Source: Massilicoli timonensis
GTDB lineage: Bacteria > Bacillota_I > Bacilli_A > Erysipelotrichales > Erysipelotrichaceae
Length of the DNA: 32,000 nt
Assembly: GCF_900199515.1 (NCBI RefSeq)
Contig: NZ_LT963434.1
Span: 843,272-875,271 of the forward strand
Direction of reading: 5' to 3'
The notes beneath the pieces were generated by a model. That model was not told the origin of the DNA. It ran no database searches and saw nothing but the letters and a program-made list of their open reading frames with translations. Position 1 is the first letter of the stretch. The number at the start of each line of letters is the position of its first letter. Positions 1 through 8,935 of this stretch are shown here, one piece after another. The position numbers and the translations under genes were made by a program.

Positions 1-606
1 GATTCGCAGATCGATCGGGAAATCGGGACCGACCGCTTTTCGTACCTGCTTTAAGATCATAAGCGGGAAACGCATGCGGTTTTCCAAAACGCCGCCATAA
101 TGATCCGTGCGTTTGTTCCAAGCCGGCGATAAAAACTGTGCGGGCAGCCACCCATGCGCAAAATGAAGCATGACCATATCAAAGCCGAACTGTTTGGCAT
201 CTAACGCCGCTTCTGCGAATTTTTCGGCAAGTTCCGCCAGTTCCGTTTCCGTGAGCGCGCGAATCCGTGTCCCCTCATCATTGACGCCGTCGCAAGGTCC
301 TACCGTTTCTGCTCCGCGGTTATAAAGCCCCATGTGTATCAATTCCAGTGAAACTCTGGAACCGCCCGCTTTTAATTGATTCAGCGTATGGCGCGTCTTT
401 TCCCGTTCATACTTTGAAAACAGATAAGGCGTATCCCACCATGCTCCTTTCACATTGATCCCGCCGCTTCCCATTACGATCAATCCCGCCTTACAAGCGA
501 TCTTGTCGATCGAAAAAGGTGAGGTAGGAGCCGCAATTACTCGATTCTGCAAGGTTAGTTGATTGATCTTGATCGGTTCAAATAAACAACGATATGCTTC
601 TTTCAT
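1..606 (-). CDS. Old Yellow Enzyme-family NADH:flavin (FMN) oxidoreductase, N-terminal ~200 aa only (3' end beyond left edge)
   Basis: Absent from the ORF track because it runs off the window. Hand translation of the minus strand from ATG 606-604 gives MKEAYRCLFEPIKINQLTLQNRVIAAPT...MLHFAHGWLPAQFLSPAWNKRTDHYGGVLENRMRFPLMILKQVRKAVGPDFPIDLRI. This carries the HxAHGxLxxQFLSPxxNxRTDxYGGxxENRxRF signature of OYE/2,4-dienoyl-CoA-reductase-like flavoenzymes. The ATG overlaps the MATE stop (ATGA at 603-606). Confidence 0.8.
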   Translation of the reverse strand, partial: MKEAYRCLFEPIKINQLTLQNRVIAAPTSPFSIDKIACKAGLIVMGSGGINVKGAWWDTPYLFSKYEREKTRHTLNQLKAGGSRVSLELIHMGLYNRGAETVGPCDGVNDEGTRIRALTETELAELAEKFAEAALDAKQFGFDMVMLHFAHGWLPAQFLSPAWNKRTDHYGGVLENRMRFPLMILKQVRKAVGPDFPIDLRI

Positions 607-2033
607 ATAGATACCTCCGTTTCATTTATCGTTTTTTCTTCCCTGGTCACATCTTTTATCCAACGGCCTTGCATGATGCGTATCGTGCTCGTTCCCAACT
701 TGATCACATCATCAAAGCGCAGCACCAGAAAAGTAAACCAAACCGGCAAGTTCCAAACAAAGGCACAGAGATAGCCAAGCGGAATACAGATCGTCCAAAG
801 GAAGAGAATATCATTGATCAAGACAAATTTAGCGTCGCCACCGCCGCGCAAGATCCCGATCATATTGACAAATGCGTTGGGACGAAGTCCTTCCAAAAAT
901 GCACCGATCAACAAAATATCCATTAAATAGCCCATGCTCTCCGCACTGATGTCATAAAGAAAAGGCATACTATAACGGCTTAAAAATACAAATGTGAACG
1001 CAAACAGACCGACCCCGACCGCCGCTTTTTGTAAACGGGCGATCACTTCCTTTAACTGTCCCTGCTTCCCCGCACCGATCGTGTTGCCGACGATGACTGC
1101 CGCCGCTGCCGCAATCCCCTGCGACATGACCGAAGAAAGCTGCGATACGACATTGTAAATGCTGTAGGCAGCCGTTACTGCCGTTCCCATATGGCCGATG
1201 ATGACCGTAAGCAGCGAGAAGCCAAGCGACCACAGCATTTCATTGCAGATGACCGGCACGCTGTTTTGTATGAACCGCCTGCGTAAAGAACGATCTAAAT
1301 GAAGCAGATCGCGTATTTTCAACATGATCTTTTTCTCAAAATATTTCATGTAAACCAAAACGGTGATACATTCGCAAATACGGGCGATCGTCGTCGCTAA
1401 GGCCGCACCGCTGACTCCCATTTCGGGCATGCCCAGATTACCGAAGATCAAGATCCAGTTCAAAACGATATTGACAGACAGTGACACCAGCGAAGCGATC
1501 AGTCCGATCCGCACCGTTCGCACAGCCCGCAGCACATTGCCGCTGATCGTCGCAATGCCGAAAAAGAGATAGGAAACACTGACGATGCGCAAATAATCTG
1601 CTCCCAGCGCGATTACTTCCGGATCGTTTGTAAAGATGTGCATGACCATGCGCGGCGCAAACAAAGAAAGCGCGACCATGATAAAAGCGAACAATAGAAC
1701 GATCCGATACGTATAAGCCAGTGTTCTGCGGATGCTTTCTCGATCTTTCCTGCCCCAAAACTGTGCCACCAGCACATTGGTTCCTCCGGCAGTTCCATAA
1801 ATCACCAGCGTAAAGATAAAAAACAGCTGATTGGCCAAAGCCGAGGCGGACAGCGCCGCTTCTCCAAGCGAGCCCAGCATCAGCGTATCCATCATTGATA
1901 CGCCGACCGTGATGAGATTCTGCAATGCGATCGGCATTGCGATCACCATCATGCTTCGATAAAACTGCTTTTTTCCCATTCCCTTCACCTGCCTTCTTTT
2001 GAAAAAGGAAGCGATCGCTTCCCTTTTGCTCAT
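603..2033 (-). CDS. MATE-family multidrug/metabolite efflux transporter
   Basis: 476-aa polytopic membrane ORF. The N-terminal MVIAMPIALQNLITVGVSMMDTLMLGSLGEAALSA motif and overall 12-TM layout are typical of MATE (MatE repeat) proteins. The start ATG overlaps the stop of the upstream SIS gene (ATGA at 2030-2033). An internal start (MGKKQF) is also possible. Confidence 0.85.
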   Translation of the reverse strand: MSKREAIASFFKRRQVKGMGKKQFYRSMMVIAMPIALQNLITVGVSMMDTLMLGSLGEAALSASALANQLFFIFTLVIYGTAGGTNVLVAQFWGRKDRESIRRTLAYTYRIVLLFAFIMVALSLFAPRMVMHIFTNDPEVIALGADYLRIVSVSYLFFGIATISGNVLRAVRTVRIGLIASLVSLSVNIVLNWILIFGNLGMPEMGVSGAALATTIARICECITVLVYMKYFEKKIMLKIRDLLHLDRSLRRRFIQNSVPVICNEMLWSLGFSLLTVIIGHMGTAVTAAYSIYNVVSQLSSVMSQGIAAAAAVIVGNTIGAGKQGQLKEVIARLQKAAVGVGLFAFTFVFLSRYSMPFLYDISAESMGYLMDILLIGAFLEGLRPNAFVNMIGILRGGGDAKFVLINDILFLWTICIPLGYLCAFVWNLPVWFTFLVLRFDDVIKLGTSTIRIMQGRWIKDVTREEKTINETEVSI

Positions 2034-3106
2034 TCTTCGTCGTGTGTATTAAAATACTTCGCCTCCGGAAGCGGATCCTGTAGTTTCCATTCTTTCGTCA
2101 CGATGCCGTAATCTGCCGCCAAACGATGCGCCAGAATTTCTACGACCGGCGCATACTCCAAACATCTGAACACGCCGCCTACCGCATCAAAAGGAAGATC
2201 ACGCGCATCTATCGTATTTTGTCCGATCACAAAGCAGTCACCGACTTCTTTTTTCACATAGTTTGCCAAACCGTTTGCGATTCCTTCATTTCGTCCGTCA
2301 TTTAAGATGATAATGCCCATTTTCTTCGTAAAGCCCATCGTCGGTCCATGCATGCCATCATCCATTTCATAACCGACACATAAGAACCGCTTTGCGATTT
2401 CCAAGATCTTTAACGCGCCTTCCTGAGCAACGCCCCACAAAGGACCGGCACCGTATAAAGCAAAGCTTTCTACATTCATGAGTTTCCATTTATTGTCGTC
2501 AAACCATTTCATCGTTTTTTCACAGATCGCCTTATGGCTGGCCGGCACACGACGCGCATCCGCCAAATAACTTTCATACGCTTCTTCACTTAAATAACCT
2601 CTTGCCAGGCCGATTTCCATGCCGATCATGATCTGCGTCAGGATCGAAGCGCAATAGCCGATCGTACGCTGTCCAAACTCCTCATTGCCACATCCCATAT
2701 CGACATGCGCACCGCTTTCCTTTGCCAGTGGGGTCGTATTGGCTTCGCTCATGGCAACAACTAGATTGCCTGCTTCTTTCATCTTTTTCTGCGCTTCCTG
2801 CGTCAGTGTGGAAGTGCCGGACTGAGAAGTAAAAAGATAGAGCGCGTTAGGATTATAGGCTTTCTTTGCCAGAAATACATTTGGCAAGATCGCTGTTGTG
2901 CTGATGCCGCTCACTTCTTCCACAACTTCACGTGATGTCTGCGAACATGTATTGCTCGTACCCGATCCCACCAATACGATCTCATCAATTTCCTGTAGAC
3001 GCGGGGCAATATATGCCATCATCTCTTTTGTCGCTTCTTTGCGGTTTTCCAAGATTGCTTCGATCACGGAAGGTACCCGCTCGATCATATCCATTAACGT
3101 TAACAT
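2030..3106 (-). CDS. Double-SIS-domain protein, GlmS C-terminal/FrlB-like (putative fructosamine/glucosamine-6-P deglycase or isomerase)
   Basis: 358 aa. Contains VLVGSGTSNT and TSQSGTST (SIS phosphosugar-binding motifs) and a second SIS half with GVAQEGALKILE...HGP. It sits directly after the PTS EIID gene, as in gfr/frl-type operons. The exact substrate is not determinable from sequence. Confidence 0.75.
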   Translation of the reverse strand: MLTLMDMIERVPSVIEAILENRKEATKEMMAYIAPRLQEIDEIVLVGSGTSNTCSQTSREVVEEVSGISTTAILPNVFLAKKAYNPNALYLFTSQSGTSTLTQEAQKKMKEAGNLVVAMSEANTTPLAKESGAHVDMGCGNEEFGQRTIGYCASILTQIMIGMEIGLARGYLSEEAYESYLADARRVPASHKAICEKTMKWFDDNKWKLMNVESFALYGAGPLWGVAQEGALKILEIAKRFLCVGYEMDDGMHGPTMGFTKKMGIIILNDGRNEGIANGLANYVKKEVGDCFVIGQNTIDARDLPFDAVGGVFRCLEYAPVVEILAHRLAADYGIVTKEWKLQDPLPEAKYFNTHDEE

Positions 3107-3235
3107 AACTCCTCCTTCATTGCTTTGTCATTATCATTTTCTCATCTTCATCATTTGGGTTTGCTTATTTCATCAGTGGTGATAAGCGCAGATGCCTATC
3201 ACCGCATAGAGAGATTTTATTTACTTTCAGACATT

Positions 3236-4057
3236 TTATAAGATACCGACATAAGTCAATAAGATCGCCAAGATCATGATCGTAAAGATCAAGACTGTCG
3301 GTTTGACATTCTTATTCAGCAGCTTGAAGCAGCCAAGGGTCAGCAGCAGCGGAAGCAGACATGGGAAGATCGTGTCGATCATATCCTGAATGCTTTGGGT
3401 TGCGCCGTTCATCTCAAATACATATGCGATCTTCATAGATACCATCGTAGCCGTCATTGCTCCTACGGTCATCAAACCGACAATGCTGGCAGCTTTGGTA
3501 ACAAAGCTCATGATGCCGCTTTCTTCTGCCTGCGACATGAATTTTGAACCTAATCCATAACCGATATAAGGACCCATGAAACGTACCGGGATCGCCAGTG
3601 CATTATATAATACCAAGAACATGATCGGTCCTAAGATACTGCCATTCGCAGCCAAAGATAATCCGATACCCATCGTAATGACACGCCATGTGCTTTGAAA
3701 GATCGAATCACCGATACCGGCAAACGGTCCCATGAGCGACGCTTTGACCGCATTGATCGACGCTTTATCGAAATTCGCATCTTCCGCTCCCTGTTTTTCC
3801 ATAGAAGCCGCCAGACCGGTAATAAAACCGGATACGGTCGGCGTCGTATTAAACAGTTCCCAATGCCGTTTATAACCCTCGATGCGGTCTTCTTTCTTAT
3901 CATAGAAACGGTTGATGACCGGAATCATCGTATAAAGAAACGACAGCGCCTGCATTTTTTCCCAGTTATACGGTGCGCTCATCGTATGTGAACGCAAAGC
4001 GATCTGGAAACACATCTTGCTTTCTTCTTGCGTCAAATTTAATTTATCCTTAATCAT
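3236..4057 (-). CDS. PTS mannose/fructose/sorbose-family EIID component
   Basis: Membrane ORF following EIIC. The N-terminal LTQEE...FQIALRSHTMSAPYNWEKMQALSF region is typical of EIID-Man. I prefer the ATG at 4057 (MIKDKLNL), preceded by GAGGAGG, over the track start at 4081. It overlaps the EIIC end by 8 nt. Confidence 0.8.
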   Translation of the reverse strand: MIKDKLNLTQEESKMCFQIALRSHTMSAPYNWEKMQALSFLYTMIPVINRFYDKKEDRIEGYKRHWELFNTTPTVSGFITGLAASMEKQGAEDANFDKASINAVKASLMGPFAGIGDSIFQSTWRVITMGIGLSLAANGSILGPIMFLVLYNALAIPVRFMGPYIGYGLGSKFMSQAEESGIMSFVTKAASIVGLMTVGAMTATMVSMKIAYVFEMNGATQSIQDMIDTIFPCLLPLLLTLGCFKLLNKNVKPTVLIFTIMILAILLTYVGIL

Positions 4058-4838
4058 TGAACAATTCCTCCTCACTGTCATCAGCTGTTGCCAATGCTAC
4101 CGTATTTTTACGCTTTGCCATTTCTCCTTCAAAATACAGGATGATGACCAAGATAATTCCGGTAATCGCGATCGCCATTAACGGCATGCCGCAGTAAGCC
4201 GCCATGATGAAACCTAAGAAATAATAGACAGCTAATTTCTTGGTCCACATCATCTTTAACAATAAGCCGAATCCGACTGCCGCCAGCATGCCTGACGCAT
4301 TACCCATACCATCTAATAATACCTGTGGAATATCATTGATGATGCCTTCCATCGCGCTGGATCCCAAAGCGACCGCAGCACCGCAAACAAGTCCTTTGAA
4401 CACATACATCGTGCCTGATACAACCGGTACGATACGCTGCAAACCTTTCCAGTTTCCGTTCTCTACCCATTTGTCGATCAATGGGCTCCATAAAGAACGA
4501 AGTGCAACCAGCGGTACAAACAGCATTTGACAAAGCATGGAAGCCGGTACTGCAAGGGCGAACGCCGTCTCTACTCCCTGCCCTAAGATGATCGCATAAG
4601 CCGTTCCTACGGCAGTACCTGAACAAGCATCCGGCGGTACGGTACCTCCGATTGCCATGACCCCCATAAATACCAGTTCCAACGATGCCCCAACCGTTAC
4701 TCCGGTCGTCACATCACCCAGTACGATACCGATTGCCGTACCGACCACTAATGGTCTGGTCGTCATCGGGTACGAGAACCATGTTTCGATAAACTCTAAT
4801 ACAAAAACGGTAATCCCGACTAAAATAGCCTCAGTCAT
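4050..4838 (-). CDS. PTS mannose-family EIIC component
   Basis: 262-aa hydrophobic ORF located between the EIIB and EIID genes. Gly/Ala-rich TM segments are typical of EIIC-Man (PTS_EIIC sorbose type). Confidence 0.85.
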   Translation of the reverse strand: MTEAILVGITVFVLEFIETWFSYPMTTRPLVVGTAIGIVLGDVTTGVTVGASLELVFMGVMAIGGTVPPDACSGTAVGTAYAIILGQGVETAFALAVPASMLCQMLFVPLVALRSLWSPLIDKWVENGNWKGLQRIVPVVSGTMYVFKGLVCGAAVALGSSAMEGIINDIPQVLLDGMGNASGMLAAVGFGLLLKMMWTKKLAVYYFLGFIMAAYCGMPLMAIAITGIILVIILYFEGEMAKRKNTVALATADDSEEELFND

Positions 4839-4852
4839 AAATCATTTCCTCC

Positions 4853-5326
4853 TTAACCTAAAATTTTATCAATGTTGTGCTTCGATTCACTTGGAACCAT
4901 ACGCAGTTCCAGTTCTGTAACTTTCTTGCGCATACGGCGTAAAATCGCGATTTCTTCTTCCGTCAAATAGATTCCTGCCGCTACCATCTTTCCTCCTTCC
5001 TTTTTCTTCACGCCGCCGACATTGACTTTGTCGATCTGATTGGTATGTGCAACCAGTTTTTCAGCGTCTTCGATCGTTCTGGTGATCACAAAGATCTTGA
5101 TCCCTTTCGCTTTCGGATTATTCAACAAAGCAATCGCGTCCTCAATCGTTTTGATTGCCAATTTCACCCCTGCCGGCTTTGCCATCTTTAAGGCCAGCTT
5201 GCTCATTTCATTGGTGGCAGCCTCGTCATTGGCGATCAAGATCGCCTCCGGACCGACCGCGTTGGTCCATGTCGTCGCCACCTGCCCATGGAGCAGTCGA
5301 TCATCTACTCGCAATAGTTCTACCAT
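4853..5326 (-). CDS. PTS mannose-family EIIB component
   Basis: 157 aa starting MVELLRVDDRLLHGQVATTW. This is the canonical EIIB-Man phospho-His motif (RIDxRLxHGQV). Confidence 0.9.
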   Translation of the reverse strand: MVELLRVDDRLLHGQVATTWTNAVGPEAILIANDEAATNEMSKLALKMAKPAGVKLAIKTIEDAIALLNNPKAKGIKIFVITRTIEDAEKLVAHTNQIDKVNVGGVKKKEGGKMVAAGIYLTEEEIAILRRMRKKVTELELRMVPSESKHNIDKILG

Positions 5327-5754
5327 AAACAGTCATCCTCCAATCCTTTCGCAATTTCTGAAACAACACTATCGTGATCAAAGATCAGCGTATTTTCCTT
5401 CGCACTGTTCACCACCTTGTTAAGCAGCGGGCGCACCTTTGCATCTTCACTGCTCAGTTTCAGCTCCAGCACCATAGAAAGCGTCATTCCCGTTACTAGA
5501 TAGACATTTTCATGATCCATCAGCTGCATCAACTGGTTGTGTACGCTTCCGCCGTTGATATCGCATAATATGACAAATTCCCAGTTTTCATGCGTATCAA
5601 CTTGTTTTTTGATATGCTGGTAAATTACCTGCGGCTGTCCATAGCAATCTAATCCATATACATCTATATCCGAACAGTCGCCGATGATCATCTGTGCGGC
5701 ACTGAACATTCCTTCTGCCAAAGAGCCATGCGATGCCAGTATGACCTTTCGCAA
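5320..5754 (-). CDS. PTS mannose-family EIIA component
   Basis: Contains KVILASHGSLAEGM, the EIIA-Man active-site His context. The track start (GTG at 5775) would place AAGGAGGG inside the ORF. The TTG at 5754 lies 8 nt after that Shine-Dalgarno site and gives the usual short N-terminus, so I prefer it. Confidence 0.8.
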   Translation of the reverse strand: MRKVILASHGSLAEGMFSAAQMIIGDCSDIDVYGLDCYGQPQVIYQHIKKQVDTHENWEFVILCDINGGSVHNQLMQLMDHENVYLVTGMTLSMVLELKLSSEDAKVRPLLNKVVNSAKENTLIFDHDSVVSEIAKGLEDDCLW

Positions 5755-5797
5755 CTTCCATCCCTCCTTTGCCACTGATTCGCTTCACTTATCTATA

Positions 5798-5813
5798 AGC
5801 AAAAAGCGTGCCA
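5798..5813 (-). promoter_or_regulatory. Sigma-54 (-24/-12) promoter of the PTS operon
   Basis: The minus strand reads TGGCACGCTTTTTGCT, which is TGGCAC-N5-TTGCT and a near-perfect match to the TGGCAC-N5-TTGCW consensus. It lies ~45 nt upstream of the EIIA start and directly downstream of a LevR-type sigma-54 activator gene. Confidence 0.8.
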
Positions 5814-5839
5814 ACTTTTCTCATTTCAGTCGGCACGCT
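5800..5839 (-). terminator. Putative intrinsic terminator of the LevR-like gene (overlaps the sigma-54 promoter)
   Basis: The minus strand reads AGCGTGCCGAC-(13-nt loop)-GTTGGCACGCT followed by TTTTT. The stem is 11 bp with one mismatch and lies ~65 nt after the regulator stop codon. Confidence 0.5.
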
Positions 5840-5904
5840 GCTTTCAACTACATAAAACAACGGTTTTATCAGTTTATTTTTTTCCATGTGACAAATAACA
5901 GAAT

Positions 5905-8736
5905 TTACAGATTTTCAAAGTCATTGACACTATTTTCGTTTCTATTGACACTTTTAACAGGACGATGATAAATATACGCATAGATATAAGCGATCTCATT
6001 GACCGGAATTTCCACATTGTAGATGCGCTCTACATCCGCAAAAATCGTTTTGACCAGTTTGATGAAATCCGGATGCGCGGCAGTGAATTTATCCACATCC
6101 TCATAATAGACAGCCTGCTTGTCGATGATCAAACGCTCGATCAGACAGGCGATATGCACATACAATCCCATGACGACTCCAGCAGGGAAGACGATCTGCA
6201 AGCCCTTTTGTAGTTTTGCGATAATATCCTGTACACTGTCCATGATCTTTTCCGTATCCAAGATCGTGAGATAGCCAAGCAGATGATCCATAGAGAAATA
6301 CTTGATCATGTTTTCATTGAACACCGTAATCTGCTTTTCATCTAAATACGGTGCAAAGATCGCCAAGATCGTATCCAAATGCTTTTGTTCCAGCAGTTCT
6401 TCGATCGAGATGAAGCAGATGCCGATCTGCGGATCTTTTGTTCCGACGATGCCGATGACATTGCATTTTTGAAAGATCGGATCATGGATACCAATCGTAG
6501 AAAGGGACGCGTAGTCATAAGGAATGATCTTGATGTCCACTGCCTGCGGCAGCGACTGCTCGATCAAAGAAGCGATCTTTTCAGCCGTGCCGATGCCGGT
6601 TTCACATACGGTCAAGATCGTATTTTGTTTCTTGCGGTTAGAGATGATCTTATAACGGTGTTGGTTGCGGATACTGGCTTCTTCCAAGATCTGATCGATC
6701 GAATTGCCATCTAAGATCATGGAACCGATATCCAGTGCCAGTTTGGTCGATACATTGTTGATGATGCCCAGATCGACATTCGATACATTTTCTAAATAAG
6801 CATATATATCTTCTAACGATCCCATATCGACCATGACGATGAATTCACGGCAGCCCTCTTTCTGCAATAGATATTCACGCAGACGGGAAACGACCAAAGT
6901 AAAATCACTTTCGATCGGCATATCGATCGCATCGAATACTTTTCGATTCAGGAGCTGATTGACAACTTCCGCAATGCTGCTGGCGATGTTGTAGCCATGT
7001 GCGATGATAATGCCGGGGATCGCCGCCTTTTTCATATCTCGATCAAAATAATGGAAGAATAAAAATACATTGATCTGTCCGATCCTGCCGATATGTAAAT
7101 GCAAGGCGTCTTCGATCAGCGCCGCGACATCCACCGCTACGCTGTAATCAAGCGGATAATAAGTCTTGATCAGCTCTAAGCACTGATTCAGTTCTTGATT
7201 CAGCGTATGGCTGAAGGCTTTTCTGACCGTTGCATGATTGAGATAATCCATGATCAGTCTTGATAAAATGATCGTTTCATTGTTGGATACCTTCTCCAAA
7301 TGATATTTGGAAGCGATGATCTGAAAGATATTGCTTAGCAGGTTATAGACGAATTTACTGTTGGGAGAATCCTTTTCTTCTTCACTGTAATATAGATCAT
7401 CAATGTATTGTTCGATGCGCTCGTGCATGGAATACGCGAATGCGGGAAAATTGCTTTCTTTGTTTGGAAAGGTAGAGAAGCTGCGCAGGACCGAAAGATT
7501 GAACTGATACAGCTGGCTGTTTCGCTTTTCATCTTCCATCACTTCCAGATCGATCATCGTATGATCGTCAAACTGCGCCTGCGGCACTTCCCGCCGCTGC
7601 ATATCCAGAAGTTCACTAGGCAGATCATAAATATGGATCTCCACGTCCTGTGTATCGCCGCGATGCAGCAGCGCTTTTGCCACACTGGCTTTGACATAGT
7701 TTTTCAGTTCTCCGACATTGCCTAAATAGTCCACTGATTCCATGACCTGATAAGCCAGCTTGGAAATACGGATCGACTGATGGATCGCCTTGGCTTCACG
7801 CTTGAACAGATAAGCGATCAGTTCTTTTTTCTCGGCACGGGAACGCTGCTTCAAAGAAGGCAGTTTGACCGTGATCGGAATGCGCCTCAGCATCGTTTTC
7901 AATAAACAGGTCTTGGGATCCTCGGTCGTCGCAAAGATCATGCGCACACTGCCCTCATACCAAGTATCATTATCGCCCACCATATGATAAATGCCTTTAT
8001 CCATGAACAGAAAGATCTTTTCTTGGCTCTCCGGCTTCAGGGCATGCACTTCATCTAAAAATAATACACCGCCCTCAGCAGCCGCAATAAGCCCTTGACG
8101 ATCTTTATCCGCCCCGGTGTAAGCACCTTTTTTATAGCCGAATAAATTGGTGAGCAACAGTTCCGGATTATTGGCATACTCGGCGCAGTTTACCGTTACA
8201 AAACGGGCGTCTGGCTGAATGCGTCCTGTTTCTTTCGCATATTCATACATACAGCTCGCCAACATGGATTTTCCGGTTCCCGTCGGTCCATTCAATAAAA
8301 TCGGCAACCCCTGCCCCGGATAACTGATAGCCGCTTTGCACTGCTCGATGCAATAGCTCAGACTTTCATTTGCGCCGATCATCAAAGAGAAAGAAGCGGA
8401 TCTTCCTTCCGCAAGGGTGATTTCTTCCATCAGTTCTAAAAGGCTTGTATAGCTTCGGCTAAGCGCTTCTAAATGGAACTGTTCAAGGAATGCCTTTCTG
8501 GGAAAGTAGTAAACCGGTCTGCTGTCGATCTTAAAGACGAGATCCTGTGCAAACAGTTGGTTGAGATAATGAGAAATCAGATTACGGCTTACTTGAAAAT
8601 GATCTGCCAGCCCTTGTGCGGTAAAGCCTTTCAGCGTTTCTCTGTTTCCCTCTTTCAATACTTGAATGGGTTGGATTCCCAGTTCTATACAAAGTGCGTC
8701 ATAGATCGCTTTTTTCATTTGATTTTCCTGCGCCAT
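5905..8736 (-). CDS. LevR-type sigma-54-dependent transcriptional activator (HTH, AAA+, PRD, EIIA-Man-like, EIIB-Gat-like, PRD)
   Basis: 943 aa. Walker A LLNGPTGTGKS, the sigma-54 contact loop GYKKGAYTGAD (GAFTGA equivalent) and Walker B VLFLDEVH are present. An EIIA-Man-like GIIIAHGYNIASS segment and an EIIB-like TVCETGIGTAEKI segment follow. GGAGG lies 7 nt upstream of the ATG. Confidence 0.9.
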   Translation of the reverse strand: MAQENQMKKAIYDALCIELGIQPIQVLKEGNRETLKGFTAQGLADHFQVSRNLISHYLNQLFAQDLVFKIDSRPVYYFPRKAFLEQFHLEALSRSYTSLLELMEEITLAEGRSASFSLMIGANESLSYCIEQCKAAISYPGQGLPILLNGPTGTGKSMLASCMYEYAKETGRIQPDARFVTVNCAEYANNPELLLTNLFGYKKGAYTGADKDRQGLIAAAEGGVLFLDEVHALKPESQEKIFLFMDKGIYHMVGDNDTWYEGSVRMIFATTEDPKTCLLKTMLRRIPITVKLPSLKQRSRAEKKELIAYLFKREAKAIHQSIRISKLAYQVMESVDYLGNVGELKNYVKASVAKALLHRGDTQDVEIHIYDLPSELLDMQRREVPQAQFDDHTMIDLEVMEDEKRNSQLYQFNLSVLRSFSTFPNKESNFPAFAYSMHERIEQYIDDLYYSEEEKDSPNSKFVYNLLSNIFQIIASKYHLEKVSNNETIILSRLIMDYLNHATVRKAFSHTLNQELNQCLELIKTYYPLDYSVAVDVAALIEDALHLHIGRIGQINVFLFFHYFDRDMKKAAIPGIIIAHGYNIASSIAEVVNQLLNRKVFDAIDMPIESDFTLVVSRLREYLLQKEGCREFIVMVDMGSLEDIYAYLENVSNVDLGIINNVSTKLALDIGSMILDGNSIDQILEEASIRNQHRYKIISNRKKQNTILTVCETGIGTAEKIASLIEQSLPQAVDIKIIPYDYASLSTIGIHDPIFQKCNVIGIVGTKDPQIGICFISIEELLEQKHLDTILAIFAPYLDEKQITVFNENMIKYFSMDHLLGYLTILDTEKIMDSVQDIIAKLQKGLQIVFPAGVVMGLYVHIACLIERLIIDKQAVYYEDVDKFTAAHPDFIKLVKTIFADVERIYNVEIPVNEIAYIYAYIYHRPVKSVNRNENSVNDFENL

Positions 8737-8935
8737 GTGCGTCCCTCCTCTTTTTTGTTATACCGATGATTTCCCCTTTTCATTCTATTTCATTATAAAG
8801 ACAGTACAGCGAAATTTCAAGGCAGCTATGCTTGCGCATATGCCATATACTTCAGTAAAATTAAGATTTTCTGTCTGTTTTTTTCTTCCTTATTATTTCA
8901 ATCTGTATTATAATTAGAAAACGAGGTGATAAAAC

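Noticed and set aside
5829-5845. Plus-strand CGGCACGCTGCTTTC resembling a second sigma-54 promoter.
   Set aside because: It is simply the complementary arm of the terminator hairpin. The GC of the -12 element is missing at the right spacing, and no plus-strand gene follows.
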